A DNA stretch of 64,000 bases from Bacillota bacterium (GCA_051744365.1 JBNJCX010000005.1:2217-66216), one strand, 5' to 3'. Positions 50,582-61,522 are shown, numbered from the stretch's first letter. Numbers and translations: made by a program. The notes: a model not told the origin generated them from the sequence alone.

Positions 50582-51235
50582 ATGGCAAAATTGGCACCAT
50601 CACTGCTTTCTGCAGATTTTTCCAGGCTGGGGGAACAGATTGGTATTATCGAGAAAGGTGGAGCAGACTACATTCATCTCGATGTAATGGATGGTATCTA
50701 TGTACCCAACATAACATTTGGAGCGCCTGTTATAAAAAAGATAAGAGGAAATACACAATTACCATTTGATGTACACCTTATGGTTGACAGACCTGAAAGG
50801 TTTATTGATGATTTTGTAAAGGCTGGCTCAGACATTATCACTGTCCATCCTGAAGCAACAATTCATCTTCACAGAACATTGCAGTCTATTCGTGAAAAAG
50901 GTGTAAAAGCAGGGATATCGCTTAATCCGTCAACACCATTGAATGTTCTGGAATATGTTATGGACGATGTGGACCTTATCCTTATTATGTCAGTGAACCC
51001 AGGCTTTGGAGGCCAGCGATACATCCCGGTGATGACTGATAAAATAAGAAAGCTTAGAAATATGATTGATTCTTCTGGAAATGAAATAATCCTTGAAGTT
51101 GATGGTGGAATAAAACTCGAAAACGCAAAGGAAATTGTGGTTGCAGGCGCCGACCTTTTGGTAGTGGGATCCGGTATTTTCTCTGCGAAAGATATTGAAC
51201 AAAGAATGATTAGATTTAAGGAAATAATTGAATAA
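50582..51235 (+). CDS. rpe: Ribulose-phosphate 3-epimerase
   Basis: APSLLSADF, HLDVMDG and VNPGFGGQ. Confidence 0.96.
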   Translation: MAKLAPSLLSADFSRLGEQIGIIEKGGADYIHLDVMDGIYVPNITFGAPVIKKIRGNTQLPFDVHLMVDRPERFIDDFVKAGSDIITVHPEATIHLHRTLQSIREKGVKAGISLNPSTPLNVLEYVMDDVDLILIMSVNPGFGGQRYIPVMTDKIRKLRNMIDSSGNEIILEVDGGIKLENAKEIVVAGADLLVVGSGIFSAKDIEQRMIRFKEIIE

Positions 51236-51280
51236 TTTATTCATTTATGGTATTGTTTAACTGTAGAAAAGAATATTTAC

Positions 51281-51407
51281 AGCACTGGGGGAGCGAAAGC
51301 TGAGAGAGATGAATTCTCGACCCTTAAGACCTGAACTAGGTAATACTAGCGGAGGGAAGTGTGTATAGAATTTATACTCATTGCCTTCTGGACAATGAGT
51401 TTTTTTT
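51281..51407 (+). promoter_or_regulatory. TPP (THI-box) riboswitch with intrinsic terminator
   Basis: GGGGAGC...CTGAGA (51300-05)...ACCC...CCTGAACTAGGTAATACTAGCGGAGGGAA matches the TPP aptamer core. Terminator: actcattg (51376-83) pairs with caatgagt (51393-400), followed by T7. Confidence 0.9.
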
Positions 51408-51459
51408 GTACCATCTATTGCTGTTATATTCAAACCAAAACAAGGAGGTTTAATATAAT

Positions 51460-52005
51460 ATGGAACAAAAAAGAAGTAAGGTACTGATGTTGACTGAAGG
51501 GGGCATGATGATAGCTTTATCAGCATTATTAAGCTACATCAGGATTTACCAGGCACCAAACGGAGGAAGCGTTACTGCTGGAAGTATGATACCCATAATG
51601 ATATTTGCCATAAGATGGGGGCTTTTACCTGGAGTTGCTGTAGGCGCAACCTATGGAATGCTGGATTTTATTTTGAAACCTTATTTTGTCCATCCACTAC
51701 AGCTGTTGCTTGATTATCCTCTTGCATTCGGGTCACTGGGTCTGGCTGGGATAGCATATTATCTCACTAAGAAAAAGAAAAGCAGTGGATACGGACCAGT
51801 TATTCTAGGGGTTACAATAGCAATTACAGGTAGGTTGGTTGCCCATGTGCTTTCAGGTGTTGTATTTTTTGCGGAATATGCAGGAGATCAGAATCCCTGG
51901 ATTTATTCAATAATATATAACGCTACCTATCTTGTGCCGGAATTGATAATTTCTCTAGTGGTGCTTGTGATAGTATGGAAACCTATACAAAAATTCATTA
52001 AATAG
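51460..52005 (+). CDS. thiT: ECF transporter S component for thiamine (ThiT)
   Basis: Six-TM protein with the family motifs GGSVTAGSMIPIM and LLDYPLAFG, directly downstream of the TPP riboswitch. Confidence 0.88.
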   Translation: MEQKRSKVLMLTEGGMMIALSALLSYIRIYQAPNGGSVTAGSMIPIMIFAIRWGLLPGVAVGATYGMLDFILKPYFVHPLQLLLDYPLAFGSLGLAGIAYYLTKKKKSSGYGPVILGVTIAITGRLVAHVLSGVVFFAEYAGDQNPWIYSIIYNATYLVPELIISLVVLVIVWKPIQKFIK

Positions 52006-52012
52006 GGATGAT

Positions 52013-52651
52013 ATGATGAAAGGCTTGATTTCGGCGGGAGGAATCGGACTGGAGAAAAATCGTCTATCTTCAATTTGCGAGGATATGGATATCATAGTTG
52101 CAGCGGACAGCGGTGTTAAGCATCTGCTGGAATGTGAATGTAGAATAGATTATCTTGTAGGAGATATGGATTCAATAGATATGAGCATTCTTGATAGAAA
52201 AATTGGCGTAGACACAGAAATAGTAAGATACCCAGTTGAAAAGGACAAGACGGACACTGAGCTTGCAGCAGATCTTTTAATTGAAAAAGGGTGCAATCAA
52301 ATCCTGATAGTTGGGGCCACAGGTAGCAGGATGGACCATGCCTTGGCAAATATCCAGTTGTTGAGGTCACTCCATCTGGAAGGGGTATCTGCAATAATTA
52401 TTGATAATTACAATGAAATATCATATCTTCCACCTGAGATTAGACTTAAGAAGAAATCAGGATATTTTTATTCTATACTTCCCATATGTCAAGAGGGGGT
52501 TAAAGTCACACTGGGAGGCTTTCACTATCCTTTGACAAATACTATTATAACCTATGGATCCAGTCTGGGAATAAGCAATTATCTGGAAGGAGAAGAAGGT
52601 ATTATTATCAGACACGAAGGAGAAGGATTTCTTATAAAGTCAAAAGACTAG
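52013..52651 (+). CDS. thiN: Thiamine pyrophosphokinase
   Basis: VAADSG...YLVGDMDSI and GATGSRMDH motifs. Confidence 0.9.
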   Translation: MMKGLISAGGIGLEKNRLSSICEDMDIIVAADSGVKHLLECECRIDYLVGDMDSIDMSILDRKIGVDTEIVRYPVEKDKTDTELAADLLIEKGCNQILIVGATGSRMDHALANIQLLRSLHLEGVSAIIIDNYNEISYLPPEIRLKKKSGYFYSILPICQEGVKVTLGGFHYPLTNTIITYGSSLGISNYLEGEEGIIIRHEGEGFLIKSKD

Positions 52652-52655
52652 AACC

Positions 52656-52694
52656 AAAAAAGCTTATTATGAATTTTTCATAATAAGCTTTTTC
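52656..52694. terminator. Bidirectional terminator between thiN and rpmB
   Basis: aaaaagcttattatga pairs with tcataataagcttttt, with an A-run on one side and a T-run on the other. Confidence 0.8.
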
Positions 52695-52711
52695 AATCTT
52701 GTAAGTATGGA

Positions 52712-52903
52712 TTAAATGGCTCTTTGTACATGTCCAGATCTCAAGCATCTTGTACATACATTGATTCTCTTGACTGATCCATTTACAACTGCCTTTACTC
52801 TTCTTATATTTGGAGCCCATGTTCTTGAACTCTTTTTATTTGAGAAGGTCACTTTATTTCCAAAAACCTTACTTTTTCCACAGATTTCACATTTCTTAGA
52901 CAT
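52712..52903 (-). CDS. rpmB: 50S ribosomal protein L28
   Basis: MSKKCEICGKSKVFGNKVTFSNKKSSRTWAPNIRRVK is the canonical L28 sequence. Confidence 0.96.
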   Translation of the reverse strand: MSKKCEICGKSKVFGNKVTFSNKKSSRTWAPNIRRVKAVVNGSVKRINVCTRCLRSGHVQRAI

Positions 52904-53151
52904 GAAAACACCTCCTTAATTCCTCATATGCATAATATTTTATATTTTATTCTCAGCAACATATTATATTTTAACACAATATATTGTATTAATGCAACCT
53001 TATATTATGAAATATTATGGATTTAGTTGAACAATTAACCTTAATAATGTAAAATAATATGGATGATACTATAATTATGATAATACAAGTTCCCAGGCAT
53101 CTATGGGTAACGTGATTAGCAAATCATATTATGACACAGGGAGGGATAATA

Positions 53152-53508
53152 GTGCCAGTAAAAATGAGAACAGAGTGTGGAGATCTAAACATAAATGACA
53201 GTGTGATTGCATCCCTGGCAGGAATATCAGCGATGGAAAGTTACGGAATTGTTGGAATGGCTTCAAAGGATGCCAAAGAGGGATTCTTTGAGCTGCTTAA
53301 ATCTGATTCGCTGACAAAGGGAATTAAAGTGTATATCAAGGACAACCTGATTACAATAGATATGTACGTAATATTGGAGTTTGGTGTGAAAATCTCTGTG
53401 GTTTGTAAGAATATAATTGACAGAGTTAAATTCAATATAGAGAACTTCACCGGATTGAAGGTCGACAAAGTAAATGTCTTTGTCCAGGGAATCCGAGTCG
53501 ACAAGTAA
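53152..53508 (+). CDS. Asp23/Gls24-family envelope stress protein
   Basis: IASLAGISAMESYGIVGM motif. GTG 53152 lies 6 nt after GGGAGGG; the track start is ATG 53131. Confidence 0.88.
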   Translation: MPVKMRTECGDLNINDSVIASLAGISAMESYGIVGMASKDAKEGFFELLKSDSLTKGIKVYIKDNLITIDMYVILEFGVKISVVCKNIIDRVKFNIENFTGLKVDKVNVFVQGIRVDK

Positions 53509-53522
53509 TTGGGAGGGCAAAG

Positions 53523-55187
53523 ATGAATACTAGAACTTTAGACGGATATAAACTTAAGGTGATTTTAGAAAGTGCTGCAATAAAGCTCGAAGAAAACAAG
53601 GATGAGGTAAACTCACTAAATGTTTTTCCGGTGCCAGACGGAGATACCGGAACTAATATGCTATTGACCATGAAATCAGCTTTAAAGCAAGGTCTGGACG
53701 TAAAGGAGAACAATGCACACAAGGTTGCCCAGGCAGCTAGTCAGGGTTCATTGATGGGAGCGAGAGGAAACTCGGGAGTTATTTTGTCACAGTTATTCAG
53801 AGGTTTTGCAAATGGACTGGATGAAAAAGAAGAGATTGATATCCCTACTTTTGCACGTGGATTAAAAAAGGCTGCTGATACAGCATACAAAGCTGTTATG
53901 AAGCCTACTGAAGGAACTATTCTTACTGTTGCAAGAGAGTGTGGGGATAAGGCCATGTCAATTTGCAACAACAGTGAGGACATGGGTAAATTCTTGGAAG
54001 AGGTCATTAATTACGGAAACGATGTTTTGAGTAAAACTCCAGATATGCTTCCAGTCTTGAAACAGGCAGGTGTTGTCGATGCAGGCGGCAAAGGGCTTTT
54101 ATATCTGTTGGAAGGCGCATTGGAAGCAATAACAGATGAAAAAAGATCTCTGGTTGCCCCTGAGCAATCTAAGGTTGTATCAGTAGAACAGAAACAAAAT
54201 AAGAGAGAACACATAGATACTGACGATATTCAATTTGGTTATTGCACAGAATTCATGATAAATACTACCTTCGGGGATGTGGATGAATTCAGGGAGAAAA
54301 TAGCAGATGACGGCGATTCTATTCTTGTGGTTGGTGGGGAAGGAATTATAAAGGTTCACATCCATACAAATAATCCAGGTGATGTCCTTCAAAAGGCTTT
54401 AAAGCTGGGAGAACTAAGTGATATTAAGATTGATAATATGAAGTATCAGCATGAGGAGATCCTCCTGAAGGATGAACTTTATCATTTGAATGACCATAAC
54501 AACATTCAGGAGATTAAAGCAAGCGAACAAAAAAAGTATTCAGTAGTTGCTATTTCAATAGGAAAAGGCATTGATGAACTTTTCAGAGACATGAATGTGG
54601 ATGTGATAGTATCTGGTGGGCAGACTATGAATCCCAGTACTGAAGACATTCTATCGGCAATTGAAAAGACTAAAGGCGAACATGTGATAATACTACCTAA
54701 CAACAGCAATATTATTCTGGCTGCTGAGCAGACCAAGCACCTTAGTGAACGAAGCATCAGTATAATACCTACAAAGTCAGTTCCACAGGGTATTTCAGCA
54801 TTACTTGTACTTGATGAAGATGCAGATCTTGAGTCCAATATAAATAATATGATGAATGCCATTGGAGAAGTTATAACAGGACAGGTGACTTTTGCTGTAA
54901 GAGATACAGATTTTAACGGAACAGGAATCAAGAAGGATGACATAATCGGCTTATCAGACAAGGATATTCTTGCTGCCGGAGATGATGTGAATGATGTTTC
55001 ACTGGAGCTTATTCAAAAGCTTGTAAGAGATGATTCATCAATAATTACAATTTTGTACGGGAGTGATATTACAGAGGATCAGGCTAATGATTTAGCCCAG
55101 ATACTTGAGACAAAATATAAGGATCTGGATATCGAAGTTGTATTTGGTGGGCAACCTCTTTATTATTACTTGTTTGCCATTGAATAA
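53523..55187 (+). CDS. yloV: DAK2-domain fusion protein YloV (FakA-like fatty acid kinase subunit)
   Basis: NVFPVPDGDTGTNM Dak2 motif. Conserved asp23-yloV-recG order. Confidence 0.9.
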   Translation: MNTRTLDGYKLKVILESAAIKLEENKDEVNSLNVFPVPDGDTGTNMLLTMKSALKQGLDVKENNAHKVAQAASQGSLMGARGNSGVILSQLFRGFANGLDEKEEIDIPTFARGLKKAADTAYKAVMKPTEGTILTVARECGDKAMSICNNSEDMGKFLEEVINYGNDVLSKTPDMLPVLKQAGVVDAGGKGLLYLLEGALEAITDEKRSLVAPEQSKVVSVEQKQNKREHIDTDDIQFGYCTEFMINTTFGDVDEFREKIADDGDSILVVGGEGIIKVHIHTNNPGDVLQKALKLGELSDIKIDNMKYQHEEILLKDELYHLNDHNNIQEIKASEQKKYSVVAISIGKGIDELFRDMNVDVIVSGGQTMNPSTEDILSAIEKTKGEHVIILPNNSNIILAAEQTKHLSERSISIIPTKSVPQGISALLVLDEDADLESNINNMMNAIGEVITGQVTFAVRDTDFNGTGIKKDDIIGLSDKDILAAGDDVNDVSLELIQKLVRDDSSIITILYGSDITEDQANDLAQILETKYKDLDIEVVFGGQPLYYYLFAIE

Positions 55188-55210
55188 CCCTGCCACAAGC
55201 AGGGTTATTT
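55186..55210 (+). terminator. Hairpin terminator after yloV
   Basis: aaccctgc and gcagggtt pair across cacaa. The T tail (attt) is weak. Confidence 0.55.
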
Positions 55211-55244
55211 CTATGGGACAGTGTGGAGTTTCAGGAGGTGAACT

Positions 55245-57305
55245 ATGTCAGAATTAAACACAGCTGTACAATATATAAAGGGAGTTGGACCAAAGAAAGC
55301 ATTTCGTCTTAAGAGACTTGGTTTGGAAACGGTTGAGGGAGTACTTTATTATTTGCCGAAGGACTATGAGGACAAGAGACGTGTTTACAAATTAGCAGAA
55401 GGAAATACTGGAGATAGAGGGCTCTATAAAGTTAAAGTGAAATCCCTACCGGCCATAACAAGGCCAAGAAGAGGACTTGCCATACTGAAGGTCCATGTGG
55501 AAGACAACACTGGAGATGCTAATCTGGTATGGTTCAACCAGGAATATCTTAGAGATAAATTCATACCTGGGAAGGAGTATCTAGTGTATGGAAGATTAAA
55601 GAAAGATTCATTCGGACTTCAAGTCCAAAACCCTGAATTCAAAGTCTGGGATGGTAATGATGAAAGTCAGGGAATATCTCCTGTATATGGCTTGACAGAT
55701 GGGATAACAAATAAGGAAATGACTAAAATAGTCAGAAGCGCAATCAACGATTATCTAGATGGCATAAATGATATGCTTCCAAGAGATTTGTCAATGAAAT
55801 ATAAATTTCAGGATAAGAAAAAAGCAATTATTCAGCTTCATTTCCCCGACAGTCTCGAATCAATGATAAAAGCGAGAAATCAGCTTGCTTTTGAAGAATT
55901 ATTGATACTACAGCTGGGACTTCTCAAAATGAAAAAAATCAATACGGAACATAGCATCGGTGTAAGCATGCCAAAGCATAAGTCCATAGATAAATTCATT
56001 GATGGACTTGAATTTTCTTTGACCGATGCACAGAATAGAGTGCTGGATGAAATAATGAGAGATATGTACAACAGCTCTCAGATGAACAGACTTGTTCAGG
56101 GAGATGTTGGTTCAGGAAAGACAATCGTAGGGATAATCGCAATGTATAATGCAGTACTGAATGGCTATCAGGCCACTATGATGGCTCCAACAGAAATTTT
56201 AGCAGTACAGCACTATGAATCCCTCCTATCAGTCTTTGGGGATATGGATGTGAGGGTTGGATTCCTCTCTGGAAATCAGACAAAAAAGGAAAGGGGACCA
56301 GTTCTTTCAGATCTTGAGTCCGGGAAAATAGACATAATAGTCGGCACACATGCTCTTATTCAGGAAGAAGTTAGATTTAATAATCTCGGATTGGCAATAA
56401 CCGATGAGCAGCATCGCTTTGGTGTCAGACAAAGATTGACCTTGGCAGGGAAAGGTTATTTTCCAGATGTTATGGTTATGACAGCAACACCAATACCCAG
56501 GACCCTTGCACTGATACTATATGGAGATCTGGATATTTCAATTATTGACGAGTTGCCTCCAGGCAGACAGGAAATCAGGACATACGCTGTGGACAGCTCA
56601 ATGGAAGATAGGATATTTAAGTTTATATCTTCACAGATTAAGGAGGGCAGGCAGGCTTATGTAGTTTGTCCGCTAATTGAGGAGTCAGAGAGTCTTGATG
56701 TGATTTCAGCTGAAGAATTATATTCACGGTTGAGAATCGAAGTATTCCCCCATCATAGAGTTGCTCTGCTCCATGGGAGGATGAACCAGAAGGATAAGGA
56801 TGCGGCCATGCTAGATTTTAAGGATGGGAAAATAAATATTCTCGTTTCGACTACCGTTGTCGAAGTTGGTGTGAATGTACCTAATGCCAGTATAATGCTT
56901 ATAATGAACGCTGAGCGATTTGGGCTTGCACAGCTTCACCAGTTGAGGGGTAGAGTTGGGCGAGGCGAATATCAATCACATTGTATACTTGTGAATAACA
57001 GCGTTACAAAACTCAGCAGGGAAAGAATGAGAATTATGCAATCCACTACTGATGGATTCAGGATCTCAGAAAAGGATCTTGAGCTTAGAGGACCTGGTGA
57101 GTTTTTCGGCACGAGACAGCACGGTATACCTGAGTTAAGGATTGCAAATCTGATCAGGGATATCGATATACTAAAATCAGCTCAGAAGGAGGCCATTGAA
57201 ATCATTTCCCATGATTCCTGGTTAAAAAAAGATGAGTATAGGTCGTTAAGGGATAGAATTGACAGGCTCTTCTCGTTTAAGAGCGATGAAATAATTCTTA
57301 ATTAG
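55245..57305 (+). CDS. recG: ATP-dependent DNA helicase RecG
   Basis: Wedge domain followed by GDVGSGKT, TDEQHRFG, QLHQLRGRVGRG. Confidence 0.96.
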   Translation: MSELNTAVQYIKGVGPKKAFRLKRLGLETVEGVLYYLPKDYEDKRRVYKLAEGNTGDRGLYKVKVKSLPAITRPRRGLAILKVHVEDNTGDANLVWFNQEYLRDKFIPGKEYLVYGRLKKDSFGLQVQNPEFKVWDGNDESQGISPVYGLTDGITNKEMTKIVRSAINDYLDGINDMLPRDLSMKYKFQDKKKAIIQLHFPDSLESMIKARNQLAFEELLILQLGLLKMKKINTEHSIGVSMPKHKSIDKFIDGLEFSLTDAQNRVLDEIMRDMYNSSQMNRLVQGDVGSGKTIVGIIAMYNAVLNGYQATMMAPTEILAVQHYESLLSVFGDMDVRVGFLSGNQTKKERGPVLSDLESGKIDIIVGTHALIQEEVRFNNLGLAITDEQHRFGVRQRLTLAGKGYFPDVMVMTATPIPRTLALILYGDLDISIIDELPPGRQEIRTYAVDSSMEDRIFKFISSQIKEGRQAYVVCPLIEESESLDVISAEELYSRLRIEVFPHHRVALLHGRMNQKDKDAAMLDFKDGKINILVSTTVVEVGVNVPNASIMLIMNAERFGLAQLHQLRGRVGRGEYQSHCILVNNSVTKLSRERMRIMQSTTDGFRISEKDLELRGPGEFFGTRQHGIPELRIANLIRDIDILKSAQKEAIEIISHDSWLKKDEYRSLRDRIDRLFSFKSDEIILN

Positions 57306-57359
57306 GTTTTAATATGGAAAAATCTATGATAAAATGTTACCAAAAGTAGGTGATAAGAG

Positions 57360-57932
57360 GTGCGGGTAATCTCAGGCAGTAGAAAAGGGCATAAATTGAT
57401 TGCTCCCAAGGGTAATTCTGTAAGACCCACTGAGGATCGGGTAAAAGAATCTATGTTTAATATTATTTCACCCTTGAAGGTAGACTCGGTGGTTGTGGAT
57501 TTGTTTGCAGGAAGTGGCGGGATTGGCATTGAATTCTTAAGCAGGGGTTCCAGAAAAGCATATTTTATTGATAAGGACCCAGAGAGCATAAAGACCATAA
57601 AGAAAAATCTTGTGCATACAAAGCTTATTGATAAAGCTGAAATAGTAAGAGGTGATGCCAGAGCTTTTATAAAGCAATTAAAACCTGGCGAACCATGGAT
57701 CGATTATATTTTTATCGATCCACCTTATGCAGATGTTGAATTATTCCATAAAATTTTAAGCCTCGTCGCTGAACAAAGAATATTGTCCCCGGATGGTATT
57801 ATTATTGTTGAGCATGATAAATCTCTTCAATTAAAAAAAAGATATTCCGATATTGAGATATTTGACATCAGGAATTATGGAAGCAAGGAAATGACATATT
57901 ACAGAGTTGAGGGAGTGAGCATATGCAAGTAA
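57360..57932 (+). CDS. rsmD: 16S rRNA (guanine966-N2)-methyltransferase
   Basis: RVISGSRKGHKLIAPKGNSVRPTEDRVKESMFN, DLFAGSGGIG and FIDPPY. Confidence 0.94.
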   Translation: MRVISGSRKGHKLIAPKGNSVRPTEDRVKESMFNIISPLKVDSVVVDLFAGSGGIGIEFLSRGSRKAYFIDKDPESIKTIKKNLVHTKLIDKAEIVRGDARAFIKQLKPGEPWIDYIFIDPPYADVELFHKILSLVAEQRILSPDGIIIVEHDKSLQLKKRYSDIEIFDIRNYGSKEMTYYRVEGVSICK

Positions 57933-58408
57933 TCTATCCAGGGAGTTTCGATCCGGTTACAAATGGACATCTAGATATTATTCGGAGGTGCTCTGACAAA
58001 TTTGACAAAGTAATCATCTCAGTACTTAATAACACCAAAAAAAATAGTGTTTTTTCGGTGCAAGAGAGGATTGAGCTACTAGAGGAAGCTACCAATAACC
58101 TTACAAATATCGAAATTGATTCCTTTACAGGACTGTTGACTGAGTATGCAAAAAAGAAAAAATGCAGTACAATCATAAGAGGACTAAGAGCGGTGTCTGA
58201 TTTCGAGTACGAAATGCAGCTGGCACTCATAAACAGGAAAACATACCCTGAATTGGAGACTCTTTTCATGGTCGCTTCAACTGGAGTATCGTTCCTCAGC
58301 TCTTCTCTTGTCAAGGAGATTGCATCATTTAATGGTGAAATATCATGCTTTGTACCAAAAGTCGTTGAAAAAGCACTTAAAGAAAAATTCAAAGGGGGCT
58401 CTCATTAA
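57923..58408 (+). CDS. coaD: Phosphopantetheine adenylyltransferase
   Basis: YPGSFDPVTNGHLDII and the ISSSLVKE-like motif. Confidence 0.96.
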   Translation: MQVIYPGSFDPVTNGHLDIIRRCSDKFDKVIISVLNNTKKNSVFSVQERIELLEEATNNLTNIEIDSFTGLLTEYAKKKKCSTIIRGLRAVSDFEYEMQLALINRKTYPELETLFMVASTGVSFLSSSLVKEIASFNGEISCFVPKVVEKALKEKFKGGSH

Positions 58409-58854
58409 TGGATTTGTTGAACTTGATTGATGAAGTTGAGGATATAGTGGAAGCAGGAACCAGCGTGCCGCTGACAGGCAAGGTCATGATAGATAGGGAT
58501 GAAATCCTCGATATTGTTAAAGAAATCAGAATAAAGCTTCCGGATGAGATCAAACAGGCAGTATGGATTAAAGAAGAAAGACAGAGAATATTGGATGAAG
58601 CTCAAAAAACTTCTACAGCTATGATCAATGATGCGGAAACGAAGCTTGAAGAGTTGATTGACAGGGATGAAGTAGTCAAGCAGGCAAGCTTGAGGGCTGA
58701 AGAAATCCTCAAAAGGGCTGATTTCAGCGCTGAAGAAATTAGAAATGGTGCACTGGAGTATGCTGATGGACTTCTTTATGAAGCTCAGGAAAACTTCAAG
58801 GAAATAATCCAATTGCTAAATGAGAACAGAAAAGAGTTAAGAAACAAGGAATAG
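58408..58854 (+). CDS. Coiled-coil protein of unknown function (V-ATPase subunit-H-like annotation class)
   Basis: TAATG coupling to coaD. The sequence is highly charged and helical, with no catalytic motif. Confidence 0.6.
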   Translation: MDLLNLIDEVEDIVEAGTSVPLTGKVMIDRDEILDIVKEIRIKLPDEIKQAVWIKEERQRILDEAQKTSTAMINDAETKLEELIDRDEVVKQASLRAEEILKRADFSAEEIRNGALEYADGLLYEAQENFKEIIQLLNENRKELRNKE

Positions 58855-58856
58855 AA

Positions 58857-58880
58857 TTAAGGACCTTCCCAGGTCCTTAA
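58857..58880. terminator. Bidirectional hairpin between convergent genes
   Basis: ttaaggacc pairs with ggtccttaa across ttccca. It overlaps the tmcAL stop. Confidence 0.6.
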
Positions 58881-60127
58881 TCATTTCTCATTATATATGG
58901 ACTATTTAAGTAATCCAGACCTAATTGTGGATTAACAGTATGCAGCCCCAGAAAATAGAGGTCGGTAGCCAACATATCCATCTCTAGCATGGATTTTTCT
59001 TTTTTATTAAGCAAAGCCATCGAATCCGTTACCTTGTTTATTATATGGATTTCTGATTTTTCCTTTATTCTATTGATAATCTGAAAGCCCTTTGAATTAC
59101 TTGCCAAAATTCTAACATACATAGTATTATGGGAGAAAAAATCGTGTATGCTATCCTTTTTCAGGCCAGCAATCATGTGAATCAGAAGCCTTTGAATTCT
59201 TGTCTCTGCATAACGTTTGGTGGCTGCTGAAGTCACTAATTCTGTAGGACGGAAAATAGTTTTTGAGAGATTCTTTATCCTGTTTTCCAGTCCAATTTCT
59301 ACATCAAAGTAATCGGTAATATTTTCAGGAGTTGAAATACAAAGAATGTAGTTGAGAATTGCACTGTAGTTATCCAGCTGGTTTATATTTCCATAATTCT
59401 CAATAAACCTTTCGATTGCAGCATAAGATTCCACAGGAAGATAATCAACAACTGATCCCAACCCACTTTTTTTGATGCTTTGCCTAATGCCAGTTGCTGA
59501 GGCAATTTTACTTTTGATATCCGAATCTTTATACCGGTCTCCGATTCTTTTGATGGTATAGGGTTCCATAAGTGAATCCATCTTGATCAAGGATTTCAAA
59601 TATTCAATTCCAAGAATGTTATTGGACTCCTTGATTGTCTCAATGGAATTTCCCAGGTTGATACCCTTTGTTTGAGCATAGTCACTGAGTGCAAGAGATC
59701 TTGAGGATGAAAATGAGTTGCCTTCATCAAGATATTCTTTTAGCTTAACTTTGAAAAAGGGTGGCTCTTCAACAAGAACTTCAGCTATTCGCATCAATTC
59801 CTCGATTTCACCTGACTCACTTCCGAATACAATGCAATCAACCGCACCTGTGGAGTCAAGGATCTTTGTTGCTCCTGCAGCAAACAGTTCAGCAGTCTGG
59901 ACTGAATATGCAAAAGGAAGTTCTATAACAAGGTCTACTCCATTTTTAACCGCCATTTCAGCTCTTGTCCACTTGTCGACAAGCGCAGGCTCCCCACGCT
60001 GAACAAACGAACCACTCATCACTGCAATAGTGTGGGAAGCATTCGCAACCGTCTTCGCGTTTTCAAGATGTAATTTGTGACCAAAATGGAATGGATTATA
60101 TTCTGCGATCAACCCAGCTACCTTCAT
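58877..60127 (-). CDS. tmcAL: tRNA(Met) cytidine acetate ligase TmcAL (YlbM/UPF0348 nucleotidyltransferase)
   Basis: MKVAGLIAEYNPFHFGHKLHLE N-terminus (HxGH-type). Confidence 0.88.
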   Translation of the reverse strand: MKVAGLIAEYNPFHFGHKLHLENAKTVANASHTIAVMSGSFVQRGEPALVDKWTRAEMAVKNGVDLVIELPFAYSVQTAELFAAGATKILDSTGAVDCIVFGSESGEIEELMRIAEVLVEEPPFFKVKLKEYLDEGNSFSSSRSLALSDYAQTKGINLGNSIETIKESNNILGIEYLKSLIKMDSLMEPYTIKRIGDRYKDSDIKSKIASATGIRQSIKKSGLGSVVDYLPVESYAAIERFIENYGNINQLDNYSAILNYILCISTPENITDYFDVEIGLENRIKNLSKTIFRPTELVTSAATKRYAETRIQRLLIHMIAGLKKDSIHDFFSHNTMYVRILASNSKGFQIINRIKEKSEIHIINKVTDSMALLNKKEKSMLEMDMLATDLYFLGLHTVNPQLGLDYLNSPYIMRND

Positions 60128-60316
60128 ACCATGTAATCCCCCAATCTGTAATATATATATATAGAAATAATATCATTTGTTAGCTATTTCTACAAATATT
60201 ACTGGTAAGTCATTAGTTATTCATAAGATGGTTTAGTAAAGCTTTTACATCTTCTGTTGATTTTTTAACATAAATATAATACTATTGAAATAGAAATAGT
60301 TTTAGGAGGTCTAAAA

Positions 60317-61519
60317 ATGAAAATTTTAGTTATGAACTGCGGCAGTTCCTCGCTTAAATATCAGCTTATTGATATGCAGGGAGAAAAAGTAATGGCAAAG
60401 GGTCTTGTGGAAAGAATCGGAATTGATGGCGCAAGAATAAAACATGATACCACTGGCAAGGAAAGAGTGGTAATTGAAGAGCCAATGAAAGACCACAGGA
60501 AGGCAATTGAGCTTGTACTTAAGGTTATTGTAGATAAGGATCACGGCGCAATCTCTTCCATGGATGAGATTGGGGCAGTAGGGCACAGAGTAGTACATGG
60601 AGGAGAAGACTTTGCAGGATCGGTTATAATAAATGAAGCAGTAATGGATTCATTATATAAAAACATTGAACTTGCACCATTGCACAATCCGCCGAATATA
60701 ATGGGAATCGAAGCATGCAAGGATCTGATGCCTGATACACCCATGGTAGGAGTATTTGATACTGCTTTCCACCAAACAATTCCAGCGGAAAACTACATCT
60801 ATCCAATACCATATGAGTACTACGACAAGTATAAGATAAGAAGATACGGTTTCCATGGAACATCACACAAATACGTTTCACTAAGAGCGGCGGAATTGAT
60901 GAACAAGGATATAAAATCACTGAACATCGTAACTTGTCACCTTGGGAACGGGTCCAGCGTAGCTGCAATCGAAGGTGGGAAATCAGTGGATACAAGTATG
61001 GGCTTTACACCACTTGAAGGTCTTGCAATGGGAACAAGGTCAGGGGATATCGACCCTGCAATAATTCCGTTCCTAATGGACAAGGAAGGAATGTCATTTG
61101 ATGAGGTAAACAACATGCTTAACAAGAAATCAGGGGTACTTGGAATATCAGGGTTAAGCAGTGACTTTAGAGACCTTGAAATTGCTGCAGGTGAAGGACA
61201 CGAAAGAGCAGAATTGGCTCTTAAAGTATTTACCAACAGAGTTAAGAAGTATATTGCTGCTTATGCTGCGCAACTTTGCAGAATAGATGTTCTTGTATTC
61301 ACAGCTGGTATAGGTGAAAATTCAGATACCATAAGAAAAATGGTGTGCGATGGGCTTGAATGTCTGAACATAAGGATAGATGATGAACTGAACAATGGTA
61401 TAAGAGGAAAAGAAGCGGTTCTGAACAAGGATCTTACAAGTGCTACTATAATGGTAATTCCAACAAATGAAGAGCTTATGATAGCAAGAGATACGTTGGA
61501 GTTGGTAAGCGAAAGATAG
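60317..61519 (+). CDS. ackA: Acetate kinase
   Basis: [24 protein letters not shown] and EELMIARDT. Confidence 0.97.
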   Translation: MKILVMNCGSSSLKYQLIDMQGEKVMAKGLVERIGIDGARIKHDTTGKERVVIEEPMKDHRKAIELVLKVIVDKDHGAISSMDEIGAVGHRVVHGGEDFAGSVIINEAVMDSLYKNIELAPLHNPPNIMGIEACKDLMPDTPMVGVFDTAFHQTIPAENYIYPIPYEYYDKYKIRRYGFHGTSHKYVSLRAAELMNKDIKSLNIVTCHLGNGSSVAAIEGGKSVDTSMGFTPLEGLAMGTRSGDIDPAIIPFLMDKEGMSFDEVNNMLNKKSGVLGISGLSSDFRDLEIAAGEGHERAELALKVFTNRVKKYIAAYAAQLCRIDVLVFTAGIGENSDTIRKMVCDGLECLNIRIDDELNNGIRGKEAVLNKDLTSATIMVIPTNEELMIARDTLELVSER

Positions 61520-61522
61520 TAG

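Noticed and set aside
60128-60316. ackA without an adjacent pta; AT-rich 189-nt divergent spacer with an (at)n run at ~60150
   Set aside because: pta may be elsewhere in the genome. The spacer shows only promoter-like AT-rich sequence and no conserved RNA motif that I recognise.
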